Positions 43,979 through 58,468 of a stretch of 64,000 nucleotides of DNA are shown here, in pieces. The notes beneath the pieces are model-generated. The model saw only the letters and a program-made list of their open reading frames with translations, was not told the origin of the DNA and ran no database searches. Where the stretch lies: assembly GCF_009914755.1 (NCBI RefSeq), contig NC_060947.1; one strand, given 5' to 3'. Every line of letters starts with the position of its first letter. Within the stretch, counting starts at the first letter, position 1. Source of the stretch: the human T2T-CHM13v2.0 reference genome, Homo sapiens. A program made the position numbers and the translations under genes.

Positions 43979-44681
43979 GTTGGATAGATGCATCTGAATC
44001 ACAAGAGAGTAATTTGGATGATAGAGATTTGAAAGTTATCAACGTATAGATTAAAGGCTTGTAAATCTTGGCTGCATATCAGGACATGGAAAATGGGAGG
44101 TTTTCCATATGTTCTACATATAAAAATGACAAGTATGCAAGAAATATATGCCCCAAAATGTTGGGTGGGAGAACTGGGCTTCATGGCAAGCTGAGGCTTG
44201 ACACCAACGCGTGCAGAATGCAATCTCACGTTTTGAAGTGAAGTCAAAGAAACTAGGTTAACAAATCAGCTTTCACCCCTAGTCTTAACCACAAAGTTTA
44301 GTGCCCCATGGAGGGATTTTATTATGTTTAATAAGGAATTTATAATAAAATTAAAACTTAATGAATTCCCACATAGCCTCTGTTGTGTTCTAGTTTGCAT
44401 GCTATCTTGCTAACCTAGCCTTTTTTTTTTTTTAAAGTATATTTGTTTCTTTCCCAGAATTCTTTCAAACATGAACTGGGGTTCAAAGCCCTCATTTGCC
44501 ATTAACTGTCATGGATAATACGGACTTCAGCCTACCAGTTATCTGTTGGTATTGGGTATGGGAGAAATGAGGGAATTCTCTTGAGGCAGTTATAGCAGAG
44601 CCTTGAAAGAGTCTTGAACAAGAAAATATTGCTTAGAGAGAATGGAGACTTCACTATTCCTTAGTGGTCTGAATCCTCTAA

Positions 44682-44880
44682 TGCTGTACTGTCCAATATG
44701 GTAGCCACTAGCCACATGTACATAATTATATTTAATTTAAAATGTAGTGACTTAAATAAAATTAAAAATGCAGTTCGTCAGTTGAACTAGTGCTCAATAG
44801 CTACACATGCCAGTAGTTATCATCTTGGACACTGCAGATGTGGAACATTTCCATTAACATAAAAAGTTATATCAGGGACA
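44682..44880. mobile_element. MER3/MER33-like MITE
   Basis: ctgtccaatatggtagccactagccacatgt...gtgctcaatagctacacatg...ggaacatttccatt. Confidence 0.8.
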
Positions 44881-45206
44881 ACTCTTTTGACATTTCTTGT
44901 CTAATTAAGAATAAAACAGGTAATGCTAGTTTTAGATCCTCATGCTGAGGATTGAATTAAGAGTTAGGGGTAATTTCCTCTGTGATCCAAAATACCCATC
45001 GCAATACATCATGGATCAATTTAAACAAATTTTAGTAAGAGACTGGGGATAAGGAATATGATTACGTTTAAGAGACCATTTGTGAATTAGATGTAGGTTA
45101 CATATTGATAAAATTAAAGAAGATTGTACCAAGCTGGAATAAAGAGCCTGTCTAACAAAGTTAAATCTAACAAGATAAATGTAATGCTTATATTGTTGGT
45201 TTAAAT

Positions 45207-45432
45207 CAGAGGTTGATAAACTTTTCTGGAAGATCCATGTAACAAATATTTTTGACTTTGCAGGCAAGATAGCTTCTGTTGTAATTACCCAAACCTGACA
45301 TTGTAGCATGAAAGCAGCCATAGACAGTATGGAATGAAAACGGGTGTGTGTATGTTCCAATAAAACTTTATTTACCAGAACAGAAGATGGTGGTCTGGAT
45401 TTGGTTCACTGGCTATAGTTTGGTAATCCCTG
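45207..45432. mobile_element. MER58A-like MITE
   Basis: cagaggttgataaact...gttccaataaaactttattt...tagtttggtaatccctg; TSD gtttaaat / gtttaaag. Confidence 0.85.
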
Positions 45433-45639
45433 GTTTAAAGAGTCAGTTATTCAAGTTTAAATTGAGGAAGCTTGGCCAGGGCCTGACATTGGCCTGGGAG
45501 TCTTCTGCTGGCTGGTTGGGTTGAGCCAGTTGCCTTAGGGTAATGCCATTTTAATCTGCTTTAATAGACATATTCCTTCCAAAGTCAGAGAAGGAAGAAT
45601 TTCATTGTAGTTCACAGTGGGGGTTTGCATTCAATCTGG

Positions 45640-45990
45640 ATGTTGACAAGCTGGATCCTGCGTGGCATGTTCAAGATTTGGAAACTGAATAAAAGGAGAA
45701 TGGAAGGAACTGGGGTCTAACTTAACAGTGGAGAGCTGTTGGAGGATGTTAATTTAGCTGTCTTCAAGTATGTGAAGACCTGTCATGTGGCAGGAGGTAT
45801 AATTTATCTGAATAATTCTAGATATTAGAAATACAACTAAGAGGTACAAGTTTATAAAAGGAGAATTTTCAAAACAACAGTTGTTTCAAAATAGACTCCC
45901 TTATGAAGTAGTGTTTTCCACAACTGAAGGGTTTTAGAAAAAAGATGGATAATCATCTATGAGCTGGTTGAAGAATTTGTTCTAGAATTG
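45640..45990 (+). mobile_element. L3/CR1 LINE fragment
   Basis: tagctgtcttcaagtatgtgaagacctgtcatgtgg is a characteristic CR1/L3 3' motif. Confidence 0.6.
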
Positions 45991-46039
45991 GGTGAGAGGT
46001 TGCAAGCATAGTCATCTAAGTTGTTGTTATACTTTGAGA

Positions 46040-46740
46040 TTAGAACTGGTTGCATGTAGAGAAATCCCAACCAAAATTAGCTTAAACAAAAAAGGGAATT
46101 TGTTGGGTCCCACTACTGAAAGGTTCCAGGATAGGTCTAATTTTAGGCATGGCTGGATCCAGAGGTCTTATAAAAGTCTTTAGGCAGGACTGGCTACATA
46201 AGTTGTGGGCTCTAGTGCAAAATGAAAATGTGAGGTCCCTTGTTCAAAAATTATCAAGATTTTCCAGACAGTGGCAGCACAGTATTAAACCGAGTGTGGG
46301 TCCTTCCAAGTGCAGGGCCCCATGAAACTTCAGAGGCTGCATGCCAATGAAGCTAGCTCTGTCTTCAGGTCATGGTCTCTATCTCTGCCTCTCAGCCTCC
46401 TTTTTCTCTGGGTTGGTTTCATTTTCCGGCAGCCTTTTTTTCCCTCCCATTAGCAGCTTTAAGGCTTTTGTTTTTAAATCTGCAAAAGGGTGTTCCTCTC
46501 CCCTGGTGACACCAGCAAATGATACCAGATAATTTCTGATAGACTTTTCTCACCTCTGAACCCAATTACATGGTGACATTCCCTTTGCCCAGGCCTGAGT
46601 GATGTGTTCACCCTGGAGCTGAAAGTAGTCAGCTCTACTGAAACCATAAGGACCAAGAGGTCAAGAGATGAGCAGGTAGTTCCAAAATAAAAACAGAGTG
46701 GAGTTACCTGAAGAAGAGAAAATGGATGCAGGGTAGTCCA
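46040..46740 (-). mobile_element. LTR33-like ERVL LTR interrupted by MER45A
   Basis: ggttgcatgtagagaaatcccaacc...gcttaaacaaaaaagggaatttg...aggcatggctggatccagagg. Confidence 0.5.
46185..46361. mobile_element. MER45A (hAT-Tip100) MITE
   Basis: caggactggctacataa...tgcaaaatgaaaatgtg...cttgttcaaaaattat...atgaagctagctctg; 8-bp TSD tctttagg / tcttcagg. Confidence 0.85.
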
Positions 46741-47519
46741 ATGTCTACTCTTTTTAGCAAACAATTGAACAGTAGTGAAGAAGTGACTAAAGGTAAGAAA
46801 AAGTCTTAATTCAGAGATCTTGCCAATCAGTAAGGGTTCCTTTCCCCCTGAAGAGTTTGCTAAATTTTTTAACTCTATTTTTTCAGGTATGCAAGCAAGA
46901 TTTTTGCTGTGTCGTGTTTATTTACTGTCATATTTATATTCTTAACATGAGCACGTTTAAAATGATCTGTCAAGATTCTGAGATCTAACATTTACTGCCC
47001 TGCCTGGAAATTATTTTAATGCACTGAGGAATGTTGCCTGGAACCTAGTTACATTTCTCAGTCCCACCTTCTATCTAAAACTTTGTTCAGTCTCTTAGGA
47101 GGGGGAAAATAAATAAATAAATAAATAAATAAATATATATATGTCATCACTTTCTGTCTTAGTTGGCCCTGCTTTGGAACCAGCACATTGTTTAATAAGC
47201 TCTGCTCAAAAGTTGACTTTTTTTTCAGATTATGGGTCAAATGCCTGGAAAGGTGAGGAGAACTAGGTAGCCCAAGGACCATGTAGAATTTGTAACGGAC
47301 TTATCACCTACACAAATCAGTTCAGCCAAGATTTTCATTCGAATCCAGTGAGATATGGCCTTGTTTTTACCGACAAATCTGACACTTTCGTGGAAATGAA
47401 TTAACTAACAATTTTATTCTGGACAGTTTATCAGGAGAGGTGGGGACAATTGATTACAGTCAATGTCTGCCATGGTTCATGCAGCTTATGGAGAACCTTG
47501 TCCTGAAGTCTGCTGTACC

Positions 47520-47655
47520 AAGGCAGGAGTTAAACACAAGGTCTCTGGAGCCAGACTTCTGGGATTTGAAGTCTCGTCCTGCTGCTCCTGACCTATGTTT
47601 CCTTGGGCTAGTTTGCCTTTTTGAGATTTCCTTTTTCTCATCTATAAAATGTCAT
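47520..47655 (+). mobile_element. MIR fragment
   Basis: tctggagccagacttctgggatttgaagtc...tgtttccttgggc...ctcatctataaaatg. Confidence 0.6.
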
Positions 47656-49151
47656 TGTTGCTATCTATCTATCTATCTATATATATATATGTCAGCACAA
47701 CTGAAACAATAGAAAGTGCTTGCCTCCCTAGTTCCACCACACCTGCCGAGATTCACAGGGTGCTTTTTCTGGGTCATTCAACCAAGACACTAGAATAGAA
47801 AATGGGATGGGTATGTCTTGACTTCCTCTTAATATAAACAAGTTATCAATGCATAATATGCTTGGCTAAGCAGCCATTGGCATACGTTTATATTGGTTGA
47901 CTTCCACCCCAAATCTGTCCTTCACAAGCACGGCTTATCCTCCACAAATCCACAAAGCATACATTTACATTCATTGAACATGCAAGATGGTAGTCTTTTT
48001 GCCTCCTTTTTCCTATGTCAAATAACGGTCCTCACTAGAAAAAAGAAGTTTTGAAGCTTTTGGAAAAATAGCTATTTCAAGGAAGGAAGAATCTTTATTT
48101 TCTGATCTTTTACCCAGAGATTGAAGTCTGATCTAATAATTACACCAAAGAATTTCCCTACCCCACAAACATGGATTTTGTCAGTTTACAGATTTGTGCT
48201 TAGCTTTGGTTACTTTTGAAGATTTTATATATAGCGAGCGTAATGGCTTGATCTCCCTTGCTGTCTTCTGTGGAGACAGCTTTAACATGTCTTCCCACTG
48301 ATAGACACTCACAATCCATGGCTTTTTAAGACATACACACCAGTCTCGTGTTCTTTAGAATATATAAATAGAAGCATTGAACATACTCTTGGAGCTTTCT
48401 AAATTGACTTCCCTGAACCAACTTAGCAATTAAAGTTGAGCTGAGGTGCCTGTCTTTTGCTTGTTAAGTCTTGCAGTGTTTTCTCTGAAATGGCAGGTCT
48501 CCTGTGACAAATCAAAGACATGTTCTCTTTAAATTCCCTGAAAATCAGAAGGGCACATTTTTCCAATGATTTTTAATTATTCTTTACTGGAACTGCATAT
48601 TGAAAGTGGAGCATATCACCTGGGTAGATAAAGGAAACAGATGAAAGAAAAAACCATATTTATGATTGTATTCACCAGTAGTCTGCAACACTGATTTTTT
48701 TTAAAGTCCCAAGTTAATTTCCCATCATTACTAACAGAAATACACTGATTTAAAATTTCCTACTGCTTTAGAGAATAGAAATAAAAAATCCTGAACGCCA
48801 AACAAATGCATGCATGGAGGAAGCCTTTTGAGAAATATTTGGCTGCCTAGATATTACAGAGATGGCATTGAGCCACCTGAGAATTCCTGGACATACCTAC
48901 AATACATGGTAGACAACCGTTGAGTTTGATTTCAAAGTTCAGTCTCTGGTGGCCAGTCACACACATGCTGAAAGGGATAAATACCCTCACTACATGCTCA
49001 GCCTTAAGACAAATTGCAATCTAAGCTACCACTAAGAACGATAAAAAATGACAATGAGATTTCTGCCAATGCATTCTTTTCCACATGAGCCAAAGAGTGC
49101 ACCAGTATTACACATTTACTCCAGTAAGTGCTCATGTAAAAACTAAGTTCA

Positions 49152-49708
49152 TTAAAAAGAAAATGTGGTACATATACACAGTGGAGCACTATACAGCCAT
49201 AAAAAAGAATGAGATCCTGTCATTTGCAAAAACATGGATGGAACTGGAGGTCATCATGCTACGTGAAATAAGCCAGACACAGAAACACAAACATTGCATG
49301 TTCTCATTTATTTGTGGGATCTAAAAATCAAAACATTGAACTCGTGGAGATAGAGAGTAGAAGGATGGTTACCAGAGGCTGCAGAGGCTGGGAAGGGTAG
49401 TGGGGGGTGATGTAGGGGCGACGTAGGGATGGTTAATGGGTACAAAAAATAGTTAGAAGGAATGAATAAGACCTAGTATTTTATAGCATGACAGGATGGC
49501 TATAGTCAATAATAATTTAATTGTACATTTAAAAATAACTAAAAGAGTAAAATTGGACTGTTTGTAACACAAAGGATAAAAGCTTAAGGGGAGGGATACT
49601 CCATTTTCTATGATGTGATTTTTATGGACTGCATGCCTGTATCAAAACATCTCATGCACACCATAAGTATAGATACCTACTGTGTACCACAAAAATTAAA
49701 AAGAAAAA
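49152..49708 (+). mobile_element. L1MA-type 3' fragment
   Basis: ORF2 C-terminus KKMWYIYTVEHYTAIKKNEILSFAKTWMELE, then L1MA-type 3' UTR (ggatggttaatgggtacaaaaaatagttaga) and A tail. Confidence 0.88.
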
Positions 49709-52082
49709 AGTGAAGTTTATTTAGTTAATAAACTAATAAGGTCTCCATTATATAAGACTAGTTCATAACCAAATATACGTGAAGAAAAACACAACTCCTC
49801 AGCTCCGACTTTAAAAGGATTCATTCACGTCTTAAAATAAATAGTGTGCATGTTCACCATGGAAGTGGTTATTGACCACGGGTGAACAAATGACTCACTT
49901 GGGGAGATTCTATAGACTATAGATGCCTCACCCCGCACCCACAGAATCAGAATCCTGGGGAGGGTGTTATAGCATGGGTACAAAGATAACACCTCCCAAG
50001 TGAATATCATTAAGAATTACTGGAGCAAAATGAGACCTAGAAACTTCTCTTCCACTATTAGACTTAATGTCAGGGCTAACTCTTCCAAGGGTCCCTCTAC
50101 GACCCAAATCACTCATTTTCCCCCACTCCTATCTTTCTCTTTCCATTGCCTTACTCCCACAATTGCTGGAATGGGAAACACCTCAAAGGGAAAAAACTGT
50201 TCATGGAGTCATTTTTGAAATGTCAGTGCAAATGTAAGCAATTTTGGCCTCACATAAGTAACAAAGGAAAAAATGGAGTGCTAATAGTGGTGATGGTTTA
50301 AGGAATCCAATTTATTCCCAGGGGCTCCATTCATCAAATATCATTGTAACTTTATTGCATATTCACCGGAAATCATTACATTTTGGTAGTTTGTGAATTC
50401 CACTACTTGGGGTCATAAAATTCCCTCTATTATAAGAAATCACTGCTGTCAAGTCCAGTCTGATTAAAGTGAAGGACAGATGATCTGCAGTCTTGTAGAT
50501 GATGTTTTTGGCTGCCAATTACTTACATATGAAAGACAATTAAGTGATTATAAAAGGAAATCCATAGGTACAGTTACACATCATAAATAATTTTAAAGAT
50601 GGGTAATCTGCTTTCATGTCTTTTATTGTTTGCATGCAGTTCCTTGAATTGCCTCCACTCCAAGGCATTTCAACTCTATTTTTTGCACAATAACTTTAAA
50701 AAAATCTCACTGGCTATGCACAACACCATGACCATAAAACTCATGTGTCAGATGCCTCCCTGCTAATAAGCTAGAATACTCACCTGTCGTGAAGTGCAGC
50801 ATACTTATCAAACAAAGAAACAGTGAAGGTTAATTCTTTCTACTGTCTGACCTTTGTAGTATATGGGAGTTGCTGAAATATTTTGTTTCAAATAATGTTT
50901 AAATAAAATAAGTAATGCTTAAATAATTATTATTAAATAAATAATTATTTAATTGCTTTTTAAGCATAATTATTTAATTGTTTTTAATGGAATCTCCCAA
51001 AATACTCATTGGTGTTGTTTCTATTTTACTTATCATATGTCACGTAATAATACAATAGTATCCCAAAGAGAGGATTTAAATAATTTTTTATGACGACAAC
51101 ATCAATATATTTCGACACCTTGCCTATTGAAGATTGGCAACAGTGACTTCCTGACAAGAAAATATTAAATAATACCAAGGTTCAAATGTGCCTTTGGTGT
51201 GTGGCTTGACGATGAATACAGAATATTTCATTAAAAGGAAATATTTCATTGAAAGGAAAATAACTAATAATGCTCCCATTCATATGGTGAGAACTGGGTT
51301 GTGAATCCTGGAAAGGAAATAGAAGTATGTGATGACTGTCTTTCTGTGGGTTCCCCTTTGTCTCCACTTGCACCATTGTATATTTTTCTCTCTGACTTTT
51401 GGAAGACAAGTATATCTGCAAATGTGTCTCATCTTCTTGTATTTCCTATAACCTTTCTCTTATGTCTCGGCAAAAGCCATGCACAGTAGGGGTTACAGGG
51501 AGTTACACTGAGGCATATTTTGAGGACATCTGGAAAATCTGAATTTATCTTACCTGTATAGAAAATGTGACATAATTTTTTCTCCTCTGATCATTGAAAG
51601 AAAACACATTAGAGTGGAAAAGGTGGCAGTAATGCAAATAAATATGATTTTTTGAGAGACTACTTTAGAAGATACTAACCACGTAATAATAAACAAGAAA
51701 TATACCCAGGTCCTTATTCCTTGAATGCACTTGCTCATCCACCCCTATTCCTATGGGTACTTCTCAGTGGGATTCCAGTGTCACCTGTTTTTGATGGTGC
51801 CTTCTCCAACTCTTGCCTACTCCCATGTATTTCCCAATAGCCTTTCATAAATGCTGCTTTACATTATCAACCATAATGCATTATATTTTAGTTGCTTCCA
51901 AGACTATCTTTTCTACATGAGTGTGAGTTTTTTTCCATCAGAACTGTATCAAATTTACCTCGTTGCCACAGTGACTTGATAATACTGGTCAGCAGTGTTT
52001 GTTGAATGGCTATCCAATTTTAAGAATGAATTTGTTTTTAAAACTAAAATATCCTTGAAAATATTTAGCTGATATTCTTGGG

Positions 52083-52427
52083 CAGTTTTTTTCAAAATGC
52101 AGGTCCTGGTTTGTTAGTGAGTTATGAGGTCAACTTAAGTGGGTTGCAACCAGTATTTTATAGTGAAATAGAATAGAAAAATATTAGAATGTGTCAGAAT
52201 CTATTACACATAGTAGGAATATTGTGTAAGTATTGTTCTGTATAAGAATTTGGTGAAATTCTCATTTCTATTTATATATGTCTATGTACCTACATAAATA
52301 TACATGTATGTATGCTGGGATGTTTCTGTGTGTGTTTGTATAGATACACATACATTTGTGTGTATACACTAGGTATAAATTTAAAATTTATTCCTTTTTG
52401 TGAGTCACAGCCAAAGAACGACACTGT
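52083..52427. mobile_element. MER102-like MITE
   Basis: gtgggttgcaaccagtattt...tgaaatagaatagaaaaatattaga...tgagtcacagccaaag. Confidence 0.6.
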
Positions 52428-52624
52428 TCTAGATCATAAGGACCCAAGCACCTTCAGACTGCAAACAGGCAAATGCTTTCAAACATACAATGATTATTGA
52501 TATCCCTTAGTGTGAACACCCCAAACCAGCATTCTGGCATATCAAGGAGTGCCAATCAGTTGTGAGAAATGGCTCAGGTTACATTCCTGTATTCAGTCGG
52601 TATCATCCAAGCCATGGTCACATA

Positions 52625-53020
52625 GCACTGTGGCACAGTGGCACTGGAGTCAGCTGACCTAGACTGGAATCCCAGCCCTACAACCTATCAGCACCATGGG
52701 TTTTGGCAAGTTAATAAATCTGAGTCTTGTTTCTTTGTCTCTAAAAGCAGCATGTCTCCTAGTTCTCCACAGAGATTAAATGAGTACATATGTAGCATCT
52801 AGCATTATCACACAGTACATGTCAGTTGTTATGTATCTCTACACCTTGGATGGTGTATTTTCCCTCTTGCACTGTAACTTTTTCATCTGTAAAATGAAGA
52901 CAGTAATAGCACCTAATGCATAGTATTGTTTAAAGAGGATTAAAAGAATCAGCAGAAGTATTTGGAGGTGTACTTGGCACACAGCACTGTATATGTCATT
53001 GCTATTGTTGTTATTGTGTA
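52625..53020 (+). mobile_element. MIR fragments (two)
   Basis: tggagtcagctgacctagactggaatcccagcc and catctgtaaaatgaagacagtaatagcaccta. Confidence 0.65.
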
Positions 53021-53469
53021 TGTTTGGGTCTAAAGAACATCTTGTCAGTATCCTGTAAGGATTTCAGGGATTCTAGTCTATGTTCAAAGATATTTACAAG
53101 GAATATGGCATTGAACTAACGTTTTAACTGAGCACAGAATGACAAGAATTTCGATACGAAACCTAGATTTAAAATATAAATGAGCATATAAACCACAGTT
53201 TATTTCAGCAAAATCCTTGCTAGACTCTCACCAAATAAAAACACTGCCATCCCTTTTTGTCCAGCTTATGTTTTGCCAGCTGTCTCTTTCCTGGTGTGTA
53301 GACATAACCCTAACAAACAATAGCAAAATCATCATGAACAAGTAACATTGGTAGGTGGTGCATCAAATTATAGCATTCAAGAAAATAATTTTCTTACATG
53401 CAGTCTTATATAAAGAGTCCAGCATTTTCACCTTTGTTCTTCTTTAGCTGAAATGAAATGATTAAACAA

Positions 53470-56400
53470 AAGAAAATAAATAATTACAATTAGAGCAGAT
53501 ACCAGTGAAATTGAAAACAGGAAATCAATAAAGAAATTTCTTTTAAAAGCCCAGAAGCTTGTTCTTTGAAAAGATCAATAAAATTGATAAGTCTCTAAGC
53601 CAGACTAAGAACGAAAGAGAGAAGACATGAATTACTAGTATCAGAAATTAAAGAGGTGACCTTACTACAGCTCCCATAAAGATTAAAAGCATATTAAAGG
53701 AACATTATGAACAAATTTGGAAACCTAGATGAAATGCAACAATTCCTTGAAACACAATCTGCCAAAACTCATACAAGAAAAAATAGACAAACTGAATACG
53801 CCTATATCTATTATAGACATTGAATCAGTAATTAATAACCTCCCCAAACATAAAGCACCAGGCCCAGATGGGTTCACTGGTGAATTCTACCAAACATTTA
53901 AGGAAGAAATTATACCAGTCCTCTACAACCTCTTCCAGAAGATAGAGGCAAAAGGAATACTTAACTCATCTTATGAGGCCGGCAGTACTCTAATACCAAA
54001 AGCACACAGACATTAGAAAAAAACTACAGACCATTATCTGTCATGAACATAGATTCAAAAATCCCCAATGAAATATTAGCAAATTGAATCAAAAAATGTG
54101 TTAAAAGAATTTTACACCACAACCAAGTAGGATTTATCCCAGATATGCAAGTCTGGTTCAACATTTGAAAATTAATTAATGAAATCCATTACATCAAAAG
54201 GGTACAGAGGAAAAGTCACATGATCATATCAATAGATGCATGAAAAGCATTTGGCAAAATCCAACTAGAAATAGAGGCAAATGTCCTCAACTCAGGACAG
54301 AATGCACATAAAAAACGTACAGCTAACATACTTAGTGGAGAAAAACTCAAAACTTTCTTACTAAGATCAGGAATGATGCAAAGATGTGTCCTCTCACCAC
54401 TGCTTTTTAACATTGTACAGGAAAGTCCTAGATATGGCAATAAGAGAAAGAAAAGGTATACAAATTGGGAAGGAAGAAATAACTGTCTTTTATTCACAGA
54501 TGACATAATCATCTATATAGAAAATCTGAAATAATCAACAAAAAAATTCCTGGAATTAATAAATGACTATTGCATGGTTACAAAGTTAATATACAAAAGT
54601 TAATTGCTTTCCTATATACCAGCAATGAATAAGTGGCATTTGAGATGAAAAACACAATACCATTTATATCAGCACCAAAGAAATAAACACTTATATATAA
54701 ATCTAGTAAAATTTATACAAGATCTGTATGAGGAAACTACAGAACTTTCATGAAAGAAATTAAAGAATGGAATAAATGAAGAGATATCCCATGTTCTTGG
54801 ATAGGAAGACTTAATATTGTCAAGATATCAGTTCTTTCAGATTTAATCTATGGGTTCAATACAATCCCAGTCAAAATCCCAGGAAGTTATTTTGTGGATG
54901 TTGACATTTTGATTCTAATGTTTATATGGAGAGGCAGAAGACCCACACAAAGAACAAAGCCAGAGGACTGACACTACCTAACTTCAAGACTTACTATAGA
55001 GACCAAAGCCAGATGACTGACACTACCCAACCTTAAGACTTACTATAAAACTACAGTAATCAAGACATTGTGATGTTGGCAAAAGAATAGACAAATCAGA
55101 GATCAGGGGATCAAAATAGAATCCAGAAGTAGACTCACATTAATATTATTAGTCACCTGAACTTTGACAAAGGAGCAAAGACAATACAGTGGAACAAAAA
55201 TAGTCTTTTCAACAAATGTTGATTGAACAACTAACGGGACATCCACATTAAAAAAAAAAAAAAAAAGAATCTACACACAAACTTGATGCCTGTCACAAAA
55301 ATAACTCAAAATGGATCACAGACCTAGAAGTAAAATGCAAAAAAGTTATAAAACTCTTAGAAAATAACTTTGGAGAATACCTACATGACCTCAGGTGTAG
55401 TGAAGACTTTTTAGATTCAACACCAAGGACACAATCCATGAAGGAAAAAAATTGATAAGCTGGATTTCATTGAAATTAAAAACTTCTCTTCTGCAAAAGA
55501 CACTGTTCAGAGAATGAGAAGACAAGCCACAGACTAAAAGAAAATATTTGCAATTGACATATTTGATAAAGAACTGTTATCCAAAATATACAAAGAACTC
55601 TTAGAATTCAACAAGAACACAACACAAATTTTAAAATGAGCCAAAGACATTAACAGACACGTCATCAAAGAAGAGAGATGGCAAATAAGCTTATGGAAAG
55701 ATGCTCTTAGCATATATCATCAGGGAAACGCAAATTAAAACAACAATGAGATACCACTATACATCTATTAGAATGGCCAAGATCCAGAACACTGACAACA
55801 CCAAGTATTGATGAGGATGTGGAGCAACAGGAACTTTCGTTCACTATTTGTGGGAATGCAGAATGATACAGCCACTTTAGAAGACATTTTGGCATTTTCT
55901 TACAAAACTAAACATTCTCTTACCATACGATCCAGCAATTGCACACCTTGGTATTTATCTAAAAGAGTTGAAAACATGTGTCCAAACAAAAGCCCGCACA
56001 CGAATGTTTATAGAAACATTATTTATAATTGCCAAAACTTGGAAGCAACCAAGTTGTTCTTCATTAGATGAATGAATAAATTGTGTTATATCCAGACAGT
56101 GGAATATTATTCAGAGCTAAAAGGAAATGAGCTGTCAAACCATGAATAGACATGGAAGAATCTTACAATGTATTACTAAATGAAATAAGCCAATGTGAGA
56201 AGGCTATAATACTGTGTGATTTCAACTGTATGCCATTCTGGAAAAGGCAAAACTATTGGGAGAGTAAGAGGATCAGTGGTTGCCCGGGGTTGTAGAGAGG
56301 GAGAGATGAATAGGTGGAACCCAGAGGGTTTTTAGGGCAGTGAAACTACTCTGTATTATACTACAGTGGTGGATACTTGTTATCCTACATTTGTCCAAGC

Positions 56401-56617
56401 CCGTAGGATGTACAACACCAAGTGAACCCTTTGGGTGATAATGATGTGTCACTGTAGGTATATTGATTGTAATAAATGTACCACTGTGATATGGGATTTT
56501 GATAGTTGGGGAGTCTGTGTATACATTGTAGCAGGGAATATATGGGAAATCTCTATACCTTCTGCTTAATTTTGCTGTGAAGCTAACACTTCTCTAAAAA
56601 AACAAAGTCCACTAAAA
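53470..56617 (+). mobile_element. Old L1 (L1MC1-like), 5'-truncated, degenerate ORF2 plus 3' UTR
   Basis: ORF2 remnant KAPGPDGFTGEFYQTFKEEIIPVL (53729-54016) with many stops; 3' UTR ggaatatatgggaaatctctataccttctgcttaattttgctgtgaa. Confidence 0.88.
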
Positions 56618-57237
56618 GTTAAACTAAAACAATTAAATGAGTATGTATTAACTCTTTCCTTACTAGAGATCTTTCCCCTCAAGCACTAGCTTGCTTTGGG
56701 TTTGGTTTCCATTTGAATGAGCTGTGTCTCTTGTCTGCTGGTTGAAGCAACTGTGTCACATTTCCAAATATAACCAACATTTCTGGGCATATTCCTCAAA
56801 CTGGGGCTCAGAGTCCTGTAGTGGCACTGCTGTGACAAGCCTCTAAGCCACTGGATACTATATGGCACGGCCATCCTTGATGATTTAATTAACTCACCTA
56901 TGCTATTCCTGTAGTGGTATTTAGGAGATGTGGCATTCTTTAGTTACCAAGAGGTATTTTGACACTTTGCCTGGAGAAAGCTATAGAATGGCAGCTGATA
57001 ACTTGAGAGCATTTGTTAAGATGGCAGCTGCACTGACATTGGAGTGAGCTCTGATGGGGTGGTAGGAAGGGTTTTGTGAGCTTTGCATGCTCACTTCTCT
57101 TTCACCTTGCCAGTCAAGCATGACAGAAGGATTAACCTCCTTGCCATCTGCTTCCCTACCTCTACAGATGACAGCTTGGGTACATCTGTAGTCAGTGTTT
57201 CCAAATTTAACTAAGTGTGTGCCAAATATTGAAGAAC

Positions 57238-57423
57238 AGTGATTCCCAAATGGTAGTGTCCATCAGAATCACTTGGAAGGCTTGTTATAATCAAATTAGT
57301 GAGCCCCACCCCAGAGCCTCTGATTCCTTAGGTCTGGGATGGTGCCTGAGATTTGTATTTGTAATAAGTTTTCACATGATGCTGATGCTGCTGATCCAGG
57401 GACCACACTTTGAGAATCCCTGC
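57238..57423. mobile_element. MER5A MITE
   Basis: cagtgattcccaaa...catcagaatcacttgg...tctgattccttaggtctgggatggtgcctgag...ggaccacactttgagaatccctg. Confidence 0.85.
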
Positions 57424-58309
57424 TGTAGGAGAAAGTCCATGTAGACAACAGGAAGAATTAGTGGAAGGTGTTATACAACCAGAAAGTATCACGTACTTAT
57501 CCAACTGCTGTTGTTGCTGCTGTTTTAATGGATAGATTGCTTTAAAAATTTTGTTGGGCAAAAATATAGTGAGTGTTCCAGATGAAAAAAATAGAGTGCG
57601 CAACTTCCTTTTAAGGCATCGGCAAAAATTGTATAAAATGAGAGCAAAGAGCAGGCAGGTGTGGAAAGCAAGGCCAAATCAGAAAAATGGGAACTTTTTC
57701 TGCCTGGTTCCAAATCAGCTCTTCTTGTTTTTCACCTATTTGTCCATCTCAGGGTTTTCTAGATGGCTTTCTAAATTGTGCTATATACCAGACATGTATG
57801 CAACACATCATAAGCCGCTAAAATAAATCTGTTGACTTTGGAAGCTTTGTTATTTTTTTGTACACAGCTTGATGGGCATCTTAAATTGTTGGTAATTACA
57901 TCTCATTCCTCCAAAATATTATAAAATATTCATTTAATGTAAAAGCATCTAGATGTTAAATAATTCAATTATTTAAACAGACATTTATACCTTTTGGAGA
58001 ACATAGGGCCCCAGGTCAGTGTGAAGTGACAGGAGGACAGAAGAGTAGTCACAAAGGAATATATGGTAATTGGATACTTTCGAGATTGAGTGCTTCTTTG
58101 GCAAATATCTGACAAGTAAAGGTAGGTGAAATCCCTATCTTCTTCTGCATAAGTTGGCAAGTGTTATAATGAAAGCAAGCCTCAGATCAAAGTTTGTATA
58201 AATAATTAGTGAGCTGACCGAAAAAAGAAAGAGAAAGAGAAAAAGAAAAAGATGAAGGAACAGATCTACTACTTAGTCTTATGAGGTCTGTGAATTATCC
58301 GAAAGAAAC

Positions 58310-58468
<159 letters not shown>

